Counted from the first letter of the stretch, positions 1 through 9,986 are shown. The stretch: 64,000 bases of DNA from Bacilli bacterium (GCA_017479485.1 JAFVCC010000114.1:65791-129790), one strand, 5' to 3'. Numbers and translations: made by a program. Notes: generated by a model from the letters alone, not told the origin.

Positions 1-1
1 A

Positions 2-1042
2 GTCCGTGCGAACTGCAACACCCCTGAAGACGCGCGCAATGCCCGCCGCTTCTCCGCGGAAGGCATCGGCCTCTGCCGTACCGAGCGTATGTTCTTCGCC
101 GATGACCGCATTCTCAACATGCGTTCCATGATTCTCTCCGATACCACCGAACAGCGCGAAGCCGCCCTCGAGCGCATCCGTCCGTTCATGGTCGGCGACT
201 TCTATGAGATGTATATGGCCAACCCGGATTCCATGGTCAACATCCGTCTCCTCGATCCGCCTCTGCACGAATTCCTCCCCGAAATCAACGACGAGAAGAA
301 CATCAAGGACATCGCTGAGAAGCTCAACATCACCGAGCAGAAGGTCCGTGACCGCATCAACCAGCTCCATCAGGCCAACCCGATGATGGGCTTCCGCGGC
401 ATCCGTCTCTGCGTCGCTTATCCGGAAATCTATGCCATGCTTGCTCGTGCCATCATCCAAGCTGCCCTCAAGGCAACCGCCGAACTTGGCCACGAGATTG
501 AGCCCGAAATCATGATTCCTCTCGCTGGCGAGCTCAAGGAATACATGTGGGCCAAGAAGACCGTCGTCGCCGCTGTCGAAGACGAGTTCAAGAAGCAGGG
601 CAAGACCCTCAAGTATCACGTTGGCACCATGATCGAAGTCCCGAGAGGCGCTCTCCGCGCTGGGGACCTCGCCAAAGAAGCGGAATTCTTCTCCTTCGGC
701 ACCAACGACCTTACCCAGCTCACCATGGGCTTCTCCCGTGATGACGTCCCGCAGTTCTTCCCGACCTATGTCGAGCGCAAGATCTACGAATTCGATCCGT
801 TCCAGACCATCGACGTCGAAGGTGTTGGCGAACTCATCCGCATCGCCGTCGAACGTGGCCGTGCCGCCAACCCGAACCTCCTCCTTGGTGTCTGCGGTGA
901 AACCGGTGGCGACCCCGCCTCCATCATGTTCTATGATGAAGTCGGCCTCGACTACGTCTCCTGCTCGCCGTTCCGCGTGCCTCTAGCTCGCCTTGCCGCT
1001 GCGCAGGCCGCTGTCCTCCACGAAAGGAAAGCGAAGAAGTAA
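2..1042 (+). CDS. ppdK: pyruvate, phosphate dikinase, C-terminal part (5' end outside window)
   Basis: The frame of ORF 89..1042 stays open to nt 2. PEP-utilizing-enzyme TIM-barrel motifs are present: FFSFGTNDLTQLTMGFSRDD and CGETGGDP...SCSPFRVPLARLAAAQA. Confidence 0.9.
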   Translation, partial: VRANCNTPEDARNARRFSAEGIGLCRTERMFFADDRILNMRSMILSDTTEQREAALERIRPFMVGDFYEMYMANPDSMVNIRLLDPPLHEFLPEINDEKNIKDIAEKLNITEQKVRDRINQLHQANPMMGFRGIRLCVAYPEIYAMLARAIIQAALKATAELGHEIEPEIMIPLAGELKEYMWAKKTVVAAVEDEFKKQGKTLKYHVGTMIEVPRGALRAGDLAKEAEFFSFGTNDLTQLTMGFSRDDVPQFFPTYVERKIYEFDPFQTIDVEGVGELIRIAVERGRAANPNLLLGVCGETGGDPASIMFYDEVGLDYVSCSPFRVPLARLAAAQAAVLHERKAKK

Positions 1043-1058
1043 TCTCTTCACTCGATTA

Positions 1059-1092
1059 CCGCCTAGATGAAAATCTGGGCGGTTTTCTTTTT
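1059..1092 (+). terminator. rho-independent terminator after ppdK
   Basis: CCGCCTAGAT-GAAA-ATCTGGGCGG hairpin (one G:U pair) followed by TTTTCTTTTT. Confidence 0.8.
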
Positions 1093-1100
1093 GCGGTGAT

Positions 1101-1130
1101 TTTAAAAAAGCACGCGGGTTTTGCGTGCTT
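1101..1130 (-). terminator. rho-independent terminator after glmU
   Basis: AAGCACGC/GCGTGCTT stem (1108-1115 / 1123-1130) with a T-run on the minus strand (A-run 1104-1109 on the plus strand). It lies 24 nt past the glmU stop. Confidence 0.7.
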
Positions 1131-1153
1131 ATTTCGTTTTTCAAAGAACTCCC

Positions 1154-2545
1154 TTATTTTGCTTTAGATTTCGCTTTTTCTTTCAAAATCTTCGCATATC
1201 CGGGTTTGTTTTGTTGCTTTTCGCGTGCGATAGCCATGTCGCCGGAAGGGACATCTTGGTTAATAACGCTCCCCGCAGCAACGAAGGAATCCTTGCCTAC
1301 GGTCACGGGACTAATGAGGATTGATCCCGAACCCACAAAGGCTCCGTCTTCAATGGTGGAGCGGGTCTTATTCACCCCATCATAATTCGCCACGATGGTG
1401 CCGCAGCCAATGTTGACGTCTTTGCCTACTCGCGCATCTCCAACGTAGGAGAGGTGGGAGCAGAAGGTGCCTTCCCCAATTTCGGAGTTCTTGATCTCGT
1501 TGAAATTGCCTAAGGTCGTACGCGAGTGAATCAATGCGCCGCCGCGGACGCGTAAATAGGGTCCAAGGACGCAGTCATCTTCCACCGTCACATCGACAAG
1601 GTGCGAATATTCAACCTTGTTCCGTTCGCCCATATGAACGTTCTCTAGGTAAGTATCTGGGCCAAGAATGTTCTCATGTCCAATCCAGGACTTGCCTAAG
1701 ACGTGAGTATTGGGACGGACAATGGTATCGCGTGATAACTTTACTTCCGGACCGATATAAGCGGTTTCTGGGTCTTCAAAGGTCACGCCGTGAATCATCC
1801 AGCGTTTGTTGATGCGACGCTGCATGCATTTGGTGGCAACGCTTAGCTGGTAACGGTCGTTGACGCCCATAGTTTCCGACACATCCGTAATGGAGAATGT
1901 AGAGACACGCAGACCCTTTTCTACGAACATCGCAATGACGTCGGTCAAATAGTATTCTTTCGCGGCGTTATTGGGGGTGAGGCGAGAGAGGCAGTGGAAT
2001 AGTTCGCGGTTGTCAAAGGCATAGACGCCTGCATTGATTTCATGAATGGCATCGATATCTGGCGTGCAGTCTTTCTGCTCCACGATGCGTTCGACGCGGC
2101 CATTATTCTTAATGATGCGTCCGTAGCCATAAGGGTCCTCTACGTTCGCGGTTAGAAGGGTGAGGTCATTATGATGCGTCTCGTGCGACGAAAGCAGCGC
2201 AGAGAGGGTTTTATCGGTTAATAGAGGCGTATCCCCACAGCAGATCAAGGTGACACCTTCTTTATCTTCGAGTAACGGGGCCGCCATCATCACGGCGTGG
2301 CCCGTGCCTTTCTGCTCGTTTTGCCACACCACGTCACCATAAGGTTCGGCAATCGCTTTGCTGCATTCCCCGCCAAAGCCGACAACCGTGACGATTTGAT
2401 CTAAGGATAACTGCTTCAGCGACTCCAAAACCCACTGGAGCATGGGTCTTCCGAGCACGGGAAAAGAAACTTTCGAAACATCTTCCCGCGTCGACTTCAT
2501 GCGGGTACCTTTGCCCGCGGCGAGCACAACAGCGTATTTATTCAT
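1154..2545 (-). CDS. glmU: bifunctional UDP-GlcNAc pyrophosphorylase / GlcN-1-P N-acetyltransferase
   Basis: 463 aa. N-terminal LAAGKGTRMKS nucleotidyltransferase motif and a C-terminal left-handed beta-helix hexapeptide region. Confidence 0.95.
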   Translation of the reverse strand: MNKYAVVLAAGKGTRMKSTREDVSKVSFPVLGRPMLQWVLESLKQLSLDQIVTVVGFGGECSKAIAEPYGDVVWQNEQKGTGHAVMMAAPLLEDKEGVTLICCGDTPLLTDKTLSALLSSHETHHNDLTLLTANVEDPYGYGRIIKNNGRVERIVEQKDCTPDIDAIHEINAGVYAFDNRELFHCLSRLTPNNAAKEYYLTDVIAMFVEKGLRVSTFSITDVSETMGVNDRYQLSVATKCMQRRINKRWMIHGVTFEDPETAYIGPEVKLSRDTIVRPNTHVLGKSWIGHENILGPDTYLENVHMGERNKVEYSHLVDVTVEDDCVLGPYLRVRGGALIHSRTTLGNFNEIKNSEIGEGTFCSHLSYVGDARVGKDVNIGCGTIVANYDGVNKTRSTIEDGAFVGSGSILISPVTVGKDSFVAAGSVINQDVPSGDMAIAREKQQNKPGYAKILKEKAKSKAK

Positions 2546-2559
2546 GGTGATATCTCCCC

Positions 2560-3405
2560 TTAATTAGTCTTAGTGAAGATGGCGTCATAGCCGAGCTTTT
2601 CGAGTTTCTTTTGCTCGGCCTTGGCCTTTTTGGCATCGAGAGTTAAAGCGAAGCAGCAGCTGCCAGACCCCGACATCGCAGCGATAGGAAATCCATCGTG
2701 ACGAAGCATTTCGACGATGGATTTGACCTGTGGCAATAAGGAACAGGAAGCGGGGTAGAGGTCATTGCCAAAATTTGCGGCAATCATTTCTTCATCGCCC
2801 GATTCCAAGCCTTCGACGACCTTGTCGATATCGATCGGCAAGCGCGGGAAAGAATCGCAGTTTTTATAGACGTCTTTGGTGGAAAGCCCTTGTTCTGGCT
2901 TAACCAAAAGGCAGAAGTATTTATGCTTGGGATTAATGGGGGTGAGCTTATCGCCAATACCCTCAGCCAAAGCGGCGTGGCCACGGATAAAGAAAGGAAT
3001 GTCCGAGCCTAGAGGCAAAGCAATTTCGCACAATTCATCCAAAGAGAGACCGAGTTTCAAGATTTTGTTGATTGCCAAGATCACGACCGCGGCATTGGAA
3101 GAACCTCCGCCAAGTCCAGCGGCAAAAGGAATCTCTTTGTGAATATGGATCATGAAGTGGTTCTTGAAGCCGAACCGTTCGCGCATCGCATCGACCGCGC
3201 GGGTGCAAAGGTTGGAACGGAGGCTGAGTAGACGCAGCTCATCGCAGGTGACGTAGGTGTCGTTATAGTAGGGTAACGTCTCGATTTCGATAACATCATG
3301 GAGTTCCAACGGAAGGTTCACCATGCGGAGTAAATGATAGCCATCCTCACGGGTTCCGAGGATTTGCAGTGCAAGATTAATCTTGGCGGGTGATTTGATA
3401 ACCAT
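2560..3405 (-). CDS. ispE: 4-diphosphocytidyl-2-C-methyl-D-erythritol kinase
   Basis: 281 aa. KINLALQILGTREDGYHLL and the GHMP-kinase loop PFAAGLGGGSSNAA. Confidence 0.9.
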   Translation of the reverse strand: MVIKSPAKINLALQILGTREDGYHLLRMVNLPLELHDVIEIETLPYYNDTYVTCDELRLLSLRSNLCTRAVDAMRERFGFKNHFMIHIHKEIPFAAGLGGGSSNAAVVILAINKILKLGLSLDELCEIALPLGSDIPFFIRGHAALAEGIGDKLTPINPKHKYFCLLVKPEQGLSTKDVYKNCDSFPRLPIDIDKVVEGLESGDEEMIAANFGNDLYPASCSLLPQVKSIVEMLRHDGFPIAAMSGSGSCCFALTLDAKKAKAEQKKLEKLGYDAIFTKTN

Positions 3406-3582
3406 AAGGCAATGAAATTGTACTCAATTGCGCGCGTCAATAAAGAATCAACTTTCGCTCTTTTGAAAAACACCGCAAAAAGGGAGTAAAGTTACTGATT
3501 TTGATTTTTCAAATTTCCCCGCAAAAGTGGGGTAAAAAGAAAAACTGACGCATTTCTGCGCAGTTTTTCAGATTTTCGTAAA

Positions 3583-4011
3583 TTAGGCGAAGAGTTTTTG
3601 GAGTAAGGCTTCTTCGTTGCTGGTGATTTCGCGGTCTGCGGTAAGGAAGCAGAGGACGAAGGTGCAGCAAGCAAACTTCGCATCGTCGGTGAAGGAATCG
3701 ATATTCTCGTCGACGGCTTTGACGAGTTCCGGGTTCGAGCCACCATTGGTCAACTCATAGAAATCATCGCCAGAGATGTTCTCATCGATAACGGCGCGGT
3801 AGAGATCATATTCTCCTTGTTCGCAGCTGCGGTCGGCGGAGACGGCAACACGAAGCAGCGCGATGATGAACGAACGGATGGCATCGTTGTCGTTGGCGCT
3901 GAGTTCCTTGACCATCGCCTGAAGCGCACCAGCGCAGACACCGGCACGGTGTTCAAAGTCCCAACCCTTCGCTTCGTTGATCAGATCTTTGACACGTTCT
4001 TTTGAAAGCAT
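3583..4011 (-). CDS. hypothetical protein, possibly TerB-like helical domain
   Basis: 142-aa ORF in an operon-compatible position. It has a weak TerB-type pattern (LTADREITSNEEALLQKLF). Hairpins with T-runs follow at about 3500-3575. Confidence 0.6.
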   Translation of the reverse strand: MLSKERVKDLINEAKGWDFEHRAGVCAGALQAMVKELSANDNDAIRSFIIALLRVAVSADRSCEQGEYDLYRAVIDENISGDDFYELTNGGSNPELVKAVDENIDSFTDDAKFACCTFVLCFLTADREITSNEEALLQKLFA

Positions 4012-4082
4012 ATTTTTTTACCCCCTATTTTTGGTTGTTTCATTATAGCATGCGGGTATTGTCCTGCTAAGTAAGATATGGG

Positions 4083-4877
4083 CTATTCGATGAAATTGGC
4101 TAACGCGAGGAACTGCTCCGGTGAAATTGCCTCAGGGCGAAGGCTTTCTGCCAAGCCCAGGGAGGCGAGGATTTCCCTCGCCTTATCCCCGTCATGGAGA
4201 TAGTTCTTCAGGTTGTTGTAAATCGTTTTGCGGCGTTGCAGGAACAACGAGTTGCAGAGCTTATAAGTCTTTGAAATTAACTTATCATCGCGCTGCCTCA
4301 TTGCGAAAAGAAGCACCGAAGAATCTACGTGCGGAGCCGGAGCAAAGCTCGCCCGGCGCACGGTGAACGCGTGCTTAGCGTCACAGACAAGCGAAATCAG
4401 TATCGGCAAGGGGCCGTAATCTTTTGTTCCCATAGGGGCGAGAAGACGCTCCGCAGCCTCTTTTTGAACCATGAAAGCCATAGTCTTCGCGTTTTGGCCC
4501 AACAAAAGCGCCCGTTCGATGATCAACGAGGTGATGTAGTAGGGCAGATTGCCGACGATTTTATCGTAAGGGGCGTAATCCCACTTGGCCGCATTGCCAT
4601 AATGAACATCCACGGCGTTCCCGAAATCGTTTTGTAATTTCGCGATGAGCCCCTCATCGATATCGATGGCCTCGATCTTCCCTGATGTTAAGGAAAGAAA
4701 GTAGGTAAGAGAGCCTGCTCCAGAGCCAATTTCAAGTACACGGTCCCCCTCTTTTATGTCGAGGAGAGAGACAATCCCCTTCGCCGCATCACGATCAATC
4801 AAGAAGTTTTGGCCTACTTCGTGCTTGGCCAAAAGGCGGTAGGATTCGATCTCTTCGAAATAGCGTTCTTCATCCAT
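4083..4877 (-). CDS. rsmA: 16S rRNA (adenine1518/1519-N6)-dimethyltransferase
   Basis: 264 aa. Motifs GQNFLID, VLEIGSGAGSLT and GNLPYYIT. Confidence 0.92.
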   Translation of the reverse strand: MDEERYFEEIESYRLLAKHEVGQNFLIDRDAAKGIVSLLDIKEGDRVLEIGSGAGSLTYFLSLTSGKIEAIDIDEGLIAKLQNDFGNAVDVHYGNAAKWDYAPYDKIVGNLPYYITSLIIERALLLGQNAKTMAFMVQKEAAERLLAPMGTKDYGPLPILISLVCDAKHAFTVRRASFAPAPHVDSSVLLFAMRQRDDKLISKTYKLCNSLFLQRRKTIYNNLKNYLHDGDKAREILASLGLAESLRPEAISPEQFLALANFIE

Positions 4878-5406
4878 GGATGGCCCTCCTTAAGTCTTCT
4901 TTGGTTAGTTGTAACGCGTTGACGCGCTTTAAGAAAGTTTTCGCGTTGCCATGGCCTAGGTGCAGCGCTTCCTCCACCTTCTCTCGAAGCTTTGAAGCGT
5001 CTTCATTGCCGCTAAGGCCGAGTTCTTGAAGGTCTGCGTAAGTCAGCGCGCCCTTGTCCATTGTTCCAGGAATAATGTGTGACAAGGCGAGGAGGACTTC
5101 CTCTTTGGTTGACTCTGCAACGCCGACCTTTTTTCCTTTGATGGAATACTCCTTCCGCACAAATGCGTGTTTCGCTGTAGGAACCTCTTCGGCGATGCGG
5201 GAACGGATGCGATTTCCCGGCGAATCGGGATCGGTGAGAATCACAATTTCCCTCGTTTCGGAAGCTTTCTTCAAATATTCGATTGTTTCACGTGAAACAG
5301 CCGAACCATTCGTTCGAACGAACTCACAATCGAGGAATTCGCTTAAAAAGGCTTGGTCCATAGCCCCTTCGACGACAAGAATGATGGGATAGGTGGTTTT
5401 CGTCAT
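4870..5406 (-). CDS. rnmV: ribonuclease M5 (Toprim domain)
   Basis: 178 aa. Toprim motifs (IILVVEG..., VILTDPDSPGNRIR). Sits in the conserved position between tatD and rsmA and overlaps both neighbours. Confidence 0.85.
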   Translation of the reverse strand: MTKTTYPIILVVEGAMDQAFLSEFLDCEFVRTNGSAVSRETIEYLKKASETREIVILTDPDSPGNRIRSRIAEEVPTAKHAFVRKEYSIKGKKVGVAESTKEEVLLALSHIIPGTMDKGALTYADLQELGLSGNEDASKLREKVEEALHLGHGNAKTFLKRVNALQLTKEDLRRAIHG

Positions 5407-6179
5407 TGTTTCACGCGGAACAATCGCGAGAAATTGTTCCAGAGCTCCGAATTCATTTTTTCCGCGTCGATTTCACGCAATTTTGCCATTTCTTCGACAA
5501 TTATGGGTATATTCTTGGGGCTATTCGGCTTTCCACGAAACGGAACCGGACTTAAATATGGTGAATCCGTTTCCACGAGCAATCGATCGATAGGACAATG
5601 TTTCACACACTCTTTTGGAGTGACTGCGTTCTTATAAGTAATCGGGCCATCAAAGCCAAAATAAAGACCAAGTTTCAGAAACTGATCCATCATCTCTTTG
5701 GAGCCGGAGTAGCAGTGGAGCACGGCACCTGCGTTGACAGAATTTTCCTTTAGGATTTCATAGGTATCCTGCGTTGCTTCTCGCGCGTGAATCGAAACCG
5801 GTAAGCCAATCTCATTCGCGAATTTGATTTGAGCAACGAACCACGGCTTTTGGGCCTCGCGAACGGCGGGATCGCGGTACCAATAATAGTCGAGGCCAAT
5901 TTCGCCGATGGCGACGACCTTGGGATGGATGGCCAAAGACTTAATTTCGTTTAAGCAATCCAGCGTCAACCCTTCGATGTTCTCAGGATGCACGCCCACT
6001 GCAGCGTAAATCTCATCATAACGCTCCGCTAGAGCGACGGCTTGGCGCGATGAGGCAACGTCATAGCCGATGCAAATCATGGCCGTTATACCCGCTTCAC
6101 GGCAAAGAGAAATCTCTTCGTCGATGCGTTCAAGCACCGCTTCGTCATTAAGATGGCAATGAGAATCAAAATAACGCAT
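5403..6179 (-). CDS. tatD: TatD-family metal-dependent hydrolase/DNase
   Basis: 258 aa. FDSHCHLND start and the conserved His/Asp/Glu pattern of the TatD family. Confidence 0.9.
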   Translation of the reverse strand: MRYFDSHCHLNDEAVLERIDEEISLCREAGITAMICIGYDVASSRQAVALAERYDEIYAAVGVHPENIEGLTLDCLNEIKSLAIHPKVVAIGEIGLDYYWYRDPAVREAQKPWFVAQIKFANEIGLPVSIHAREATQDTYEILKENSVNAGAVLHCYSGSKEMMDQFLKLGLYFGFDGPITYKNAVTPKECVKHCPIDRLLVETDSPYLSPVPFRGKPNSPKNIPIIVEEMAKLREIDAEKMNSELWNNFSRLFRVKQ

Positions 6180-7505
6180 TTATTTACCTACGCAGAAACG
6201 AGAGAAGATCTCCGAGGCGAAGTCCTGGGTCGGATCTTGTCCAAGGACCTGCCGCATATGGTTATAGGCGTTTTGTAAGGGCACGGAGACGAGATCGACA
6301 CTAAGCCCTTCCTTACATAGGCGAATCGCTTCCTCGACGTCAGAAGCGACGAGGCGAAGCAAAGAGAGTTCGCGCGGAGAAGATAAGGCTGGGGTGACAT
6401 AAACCTCATCATTCAGGTTAAGGGCTGCAAAAATCGCCTCTTTAATGTTTTCCACATTTCCGGAAATCGCAGAAACATAGCAATTCCCGTCTATTTTTTC
6501 GGAAATCAAATCGGATTTATTGCAAATCTCGAGGATTTTCTTTCCTTTTAGTAATTCGCGCAATTCCCGCGTATTTTCAGTTTCGCCTTGATTTCCGTCG
6601 ATTACCAAAAGAATTAGTTCGGCTTTTGCGAGGATTTTTTTGCTCCGTTCCACGCCAAGGCGCTCAATCTCATCATCGGTATCATGAATGCCTGCCGTGT
6701 CATAGAGGCGGACCGGTAACCCCTTGATGGAAATCTCGCCTTCAACCACATCGCGTGTCGTACCAGGGCGCGAAGAGACGATGGCTTTATCTTCAGCGAG
6801 CAGGGCGTTAAGCAAGCTGGATTTGCCGACGTTTGGCTCGCCGACGAGGGCGACGTCGATGCCGTTACGGAGATATTGTCCTTGGACGCCTTTCTCGATT
6901 AACGACTGGACGCGCGGCAGAAGCTTCTCGCACATCGTTTCGATGTCGTTTAAGGTATAGGGTTCATCCTCATCATATTCAGGGTAGTCGATGCCGACTT
7001 CCACCGAAGCAAGAGCTTCTCCAAGGCCGTTTAATAAAGGCTTCAGTTGGGCGCTGGTTTTGCCCGAGAGAGAAAGCAAAGCTACGTTTTTGGATTCCTT
7101 GGTCGTCGCGTTAATCAAATCGTTGATGGCTTCTGCCTGGACGAGGTCGACTTTGCCGTTATAAAAGGCTCGGGAAGTGAATTCTCCATTCGTCGCATAA
7201 CGGGCGCCCAAAGAGAGATAGGCTTCCACGATTTCATTCGCGATTAAAGGTGAGCCGTGGCAGGTGATTTCCACGACGTCTTCTCCGGTCATTGAATGAG
7301 GGTTTGGATAGCATAAGAGAACCACGTCATCGATGGTTTTGCCTTGATAAGAAAGTGTTCCATGGCGGATTTCCGCCTTATTGGAGACATTTAGCGGCTT
7401 CCCTAGGAGTTTCTCGGTAATGGCGAAAGAATCGTCTCCAGAGACGCGAATTAACGCGAGGGCGCTTTTTACCGGCGCAGTAGCAGTGGCGACGATTGTT
7501 TCCAT
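6180..7505 (-). CDS. mnmE: tRNA modification GTPase MnmE
   Basis: GEPNVGKSSLLNAL G1 motif and C-terminal FCVGK. Start moved to the ATG at 7505 (METIVATATAP...), which has a GGAGA RBS. The 22-codon N-terminal extension in the ORF track is not supported. Confidence 0.93.
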   Translation of the reverse strand: METIVATATAPVKSALALIRVSGDDSFAITEKLLGKPLNVSNKAEIRHGTLSYQGKTIDDVVLLCYPNPHSMTGEDVVEITCHGSPLIANEIVEAYLSLGARYATNGEFTSRAFYNGKVDLVQAEAINDLINATTKESKNVALLSLSGKTSAQLKPLLNGLGEALASVEVGIDYPEYDEDEPYTLNDIETMCEKLLPRVQSLIEKGVQGQYLRNGIDVALVGEPNVGKSSLLNALLAEDKAIVSSRPGTTRDVVEGEISIKGLPVRLYDTAGIHDTDDEIERLGVERSKKILAKAELILLVIDGNQGETENTRELRELLKGKKILEICNKSDLISEKIDGNCYVSAISGNVENIKEAIFAALNLNDEVYVTPALSSPRELSLLRLVASDVEEAIRLCKEGLSVDLVSVPLQNAYNHMRQVLGQDPTQDFASEIFSRFCVGK

Positions 7506-7579
7506 ATCTTCTCCATTATATCTTATTACGGGCGCGCGTAAGAAAGAGAAAGCCACCCGCGAGGGTGGCAAATGAAGGA

Positions 7580-8179
7580 TTAGTCGACGTATTTGATGGT
7601 GACGGCACGATCGGCGCCTTCGCCGCTGGACTCGGTTTTGATGTGTTCCCAGTCGGAGAGGGCATTATGGACGACGCGGCGCTCATCGGGGGTCATCGGG
7701 TCGAGGGCGACATCGATGTGGGTGCGGAGGACGGTCTTCGCGGTGCGCTTGGCCACGTGGGCAACGCGCTCGTACTTGTCTTCCTTATATCCGCCGACGT
7801 CGAGCAAGATGCGATAACGCTTGCGGAATTTGGTGGAGACGGCGAATTTGGTCACCTCATTGAGGGCTTGAAGCGTCTTGCCACCCTTGCCGATGAGGAT
7901 CGGGTTAGCGTCGCTATCGATGGTGATTTTGATGATGCCATCTTCCATCATCGATTCGGTTTCAATGTCCACGCCGAGGGCTTTAAGGGCATCTTTGAGG
8001 TACTTTTCCGCATATTCTGCGGCATCGCTATCTTCGTAGACGGAGATGGTCGCGGATTTCTTGAAGAGACCTTTTTTCTCCTCTTTCACTTCATAGACGA
8101 GGTGAAGGGCGTCGACTTCGAGCTCCGCCGCAGCAGCAGCGACAGCTTCTTCAACCGTTTTCGCGGTGAATTCTTTCAT
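7580..8179 (-). CDS. jag: KH + R3H RNA-binding protein Jag/KhpB
   Basis: 199 aa. KH motif ILIGKGGKTLQALN and R3H region ...DERRVVHNALSD. Sits in the conserved position next to yidC. Confidence 0.85.
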   Translation of the reverse strand: MKEFTAKTVEEAVAAAAAELEVDALHLVYEVKEEKKGLFKKSATISVYEDSDAAEYAEKYLKDALKALGVDIETESMMEDGIIKITIDSDANPILIGKGGKTLQALNEVTKFAVSTKFRKRYRILLDVGGYKEDKYERVAHVAKRTAKTVLRTHIDVALDPMTPDERRVVHNALSDWEHIKTESSGEGADRAVTIKYVD

Positions 8180-8180
8180 G

Positions 8181-9986
8181 TTATTTCCTTCCTTTCTTGG
8201 CTTTGGCCATGATGGCTTGGGTAATCAGCGTCTGCACCATGGAGATCAAACCACCGATAAGCCAATAGATACCCATGGCCGAGGGGAGGAAGAAGCCCAT
8301 GATAATGGTGAAGATAATCAAGCCATACGACATGAATTTCATGGTGTTGTTGGTTTGGCTCTTAGCAAGTTTGGCAACGTCTTTGGTGCTCTTTTTAGCC
8401 AAGAGTTTCGGAAGGAGCATGGCCATGATCTGGGTGCCGGCCATCAAGATGAAGAGGACGAGAGCCGTCCACCATCCGGTGGTATTGAGATACCAAGTTC
8501 CTTTGGTGTTGAACAAGATCGTATTGATGTTGTCGGAAAGGCGCATGTTGAGCACTTCGCCGGTGGAAAGCGCGGCGGAGCCTTGCAACCCAGCCCAGAC
8601 GCAGATGAACACCGGGAACTGGATGATCATGAAGATGATCTGACGGAACGGCTTAATGCCATGGCGGCGATAGAGCATCATCTGCTCTTGGCTCATGCGT
8701 TGCTTATCCGCTTGGTTGGTGTTCGCGTTGGGGTATTTTTGCTGCAATTTCGCGAGTTCTGGCTGCAAAGCCTGCATCTTTTGGTTGTCCATGGTGGACC
8801 TCCAAGAGACGGCGAGGAGCAAGCCACGGACGATAAGGGTCACGATGATGAGAGCCCAAATCTGACCGACGCCCGTGAGGTTGGCGTCAAAGCCGAAAGC
8901 CATGGTGTCGAGGAGCCAGGTGACCGGGTAGACGAGCAAGCCTTCAAGGAAGCCCTTCTTCCAGGCATAACCCCAATCCTTGCTTTCGATGGAGACACGC
9001 CAATCGGCATTGGTGCCGTAGTGGCCAAAGTAGCCTTCGCGGGTCGCAATGCAAGAACGCACGGCGCTGACTTTCGCCGCGATTTGCTGCTTGTAGTAGT
9101 TGAGGTAGTCGACGGTCGGGATATCGTAGACGCCGAGGATTTCCGCGGAGTCGATGGCTTTGAGGCGAAGTTCATTGTCCCATTCCTCGAGATTTTCGCA
9201 GAACGGACGCGACTCGTTCCCGTTGCCATCCACGGAGTAACCGGTGAATTTCACCTTGCCGCGTTCGCGGAGGATGGACCTCGCCGCGCTGATTTCTTCG
9301 CAGGTTTCGCTCGGGTCAATGAGAACGTAAGGGTTCACCGCGACGTGCTTAGTGGAATCAAAGTCGCTCTCGTTACCGACATAGACGGATGCGAGATCGG
9401 TTTTAAACGAGGGCAATTTCGCTTCGAAGTCTGCGTTGCTGGCGTAGACATAGGAGGCGTTGCCTTCTTGGCGGGTCACGAAATATTCGGTCGTGGCGGC
9501 GCGGAGGACATAATCGTCGATAACGGAGTAATAATAGAGGCTAGGCAAGGCGTAGCCGGCCTTCATGGCGTTAGCCACAAGGTCTTTAAGGAAGCCTTGG
9601 TATTTGTTCGCGGCAGCTTTTTCTAATTTGAATTCCGGGGTCTCTCCCTCTCCAACGGTCAACGGAACGTATTTGTAGACTTTTTCGTTGAGCGCGTTGT
9701 ACGTGGAATCGACAAAAGCGGGTCCAGCAACCGTGGGGAGGCCATATATTTGTGCAGTGGCGCTCAATTGTTCCTCTAACTCAATGACGGCTTTGGTCGA
9801 ATTATCGGCCTTAAGCGCATCATATTCCGATTTGGTCAAATAGACCGTGACGCCCTGATCATAGGGGTACGCCATGGCCGATTGGTCGGTCGGGGAGCAG
9901 AAGTTCGCGGTGCAGGAAGTAAGCAAAAGCACGCCGAGGCCTAAACCACCTAAGGCGAGTATTTTTTTATGCTTGAACTGTTTCAA
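8181..9986 (-). CDS. yidC: membrane protein insertase YidC with lipoprotein signal and long N-terminal extracytoplasmic domain
   Basis: 601 aa. Lipobox LLLTSC near the N-terminus, and a conserved YidC/Oxa1 core in the C-terminal ~250 aa (…GIYWLIGGLISMVQT). ATGA overlap with rnpA. Confidence 0.85.
   Translation of the reverse strand: MKQFKHKKILALGGLGLGVLLLTSCTANFCSPTDQSAMAYPYDQGVTVYLTKSEYDALKADNSTKAVIELEEQLSATAQIYGLPTVAGPAFVDSTYNALNEKVYKYVPLTVGEGETPEFKLEKAAANKYQGFLKDLVANAMKAGYALPSLYYYSVIDDYVLRAATTEYFVTRQEGNASYVYASNADFEAKLPSFKTDLASVYVGNESDFDSTKHVAVNPYVLIDPSETCEEISAARSILRERGKVKFTGYSVDGNGNESRPFCENLEEWDNELRLKAIDSAEILGVYDIPTVDYLNYYKQQIAAKVSAVRSCIATREGYFGHYGTNADWRVSIESKDWGYAWKKGFLEGLLVYPVTWLLDTMAFGFDANLTGVGQIWALIIVTLIVRGLLLAVSWRSTMDNQKMQALQPELAKLQQKYPNANTNQADKQRMSQEQMMLYRRHGIKPFRQIIFMIIQFPVFICVWAGLQGSAALSTGEVLNMRLSDNINTILFNTKGTWYLNTTGWWTALVLFILMAGTQIMAMLLPKLLAKKSTKDVAKLAKSQTNNTMKFMSYGLIIFTIIMGFFLPSAMGIYWLIGGLISMVQTLITQAIMAKAKKGRK

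Noticed and set aside
6180-7571. N-terminal extensions given by the ORF track for mnmE, rpmH, dnaA, yaaA, the P-type ATPase, adh, pmbA, proC, rpmE, the 44-kb membrane protein, the second HD-GYP gene, and peptides P1 and P4.
   Set aside because: - In each case an internal ATG preceded by a Shine-Dalgarno sequence, or forming an ATGA overlap, matches the conserved family N-terminus.
- The extra residues overlap the upstream gene or intergenic promoter DNA.
8166-9626. A 486-aa plus-strand ORF antisense to yidC. Similar long antisense ORFs lie at 7496..8212, 12800..13423, 16251..16820, 16839..17528, 18262..19647, 19708..20316, 20386..21066, 22249..22977, 25852..26397, 44417..45172, 46368..47129 and 47218..47859.
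   Set aside because: - Each lies entirely opposite a gene with clear family motifs.
- Their translations are low-complexity (Gly/Asp/Val/Arg/Ala-rich) with no recognisable domain.
- They are shadow ORFs, expected when the sense strand has GC-rich third codon positions.
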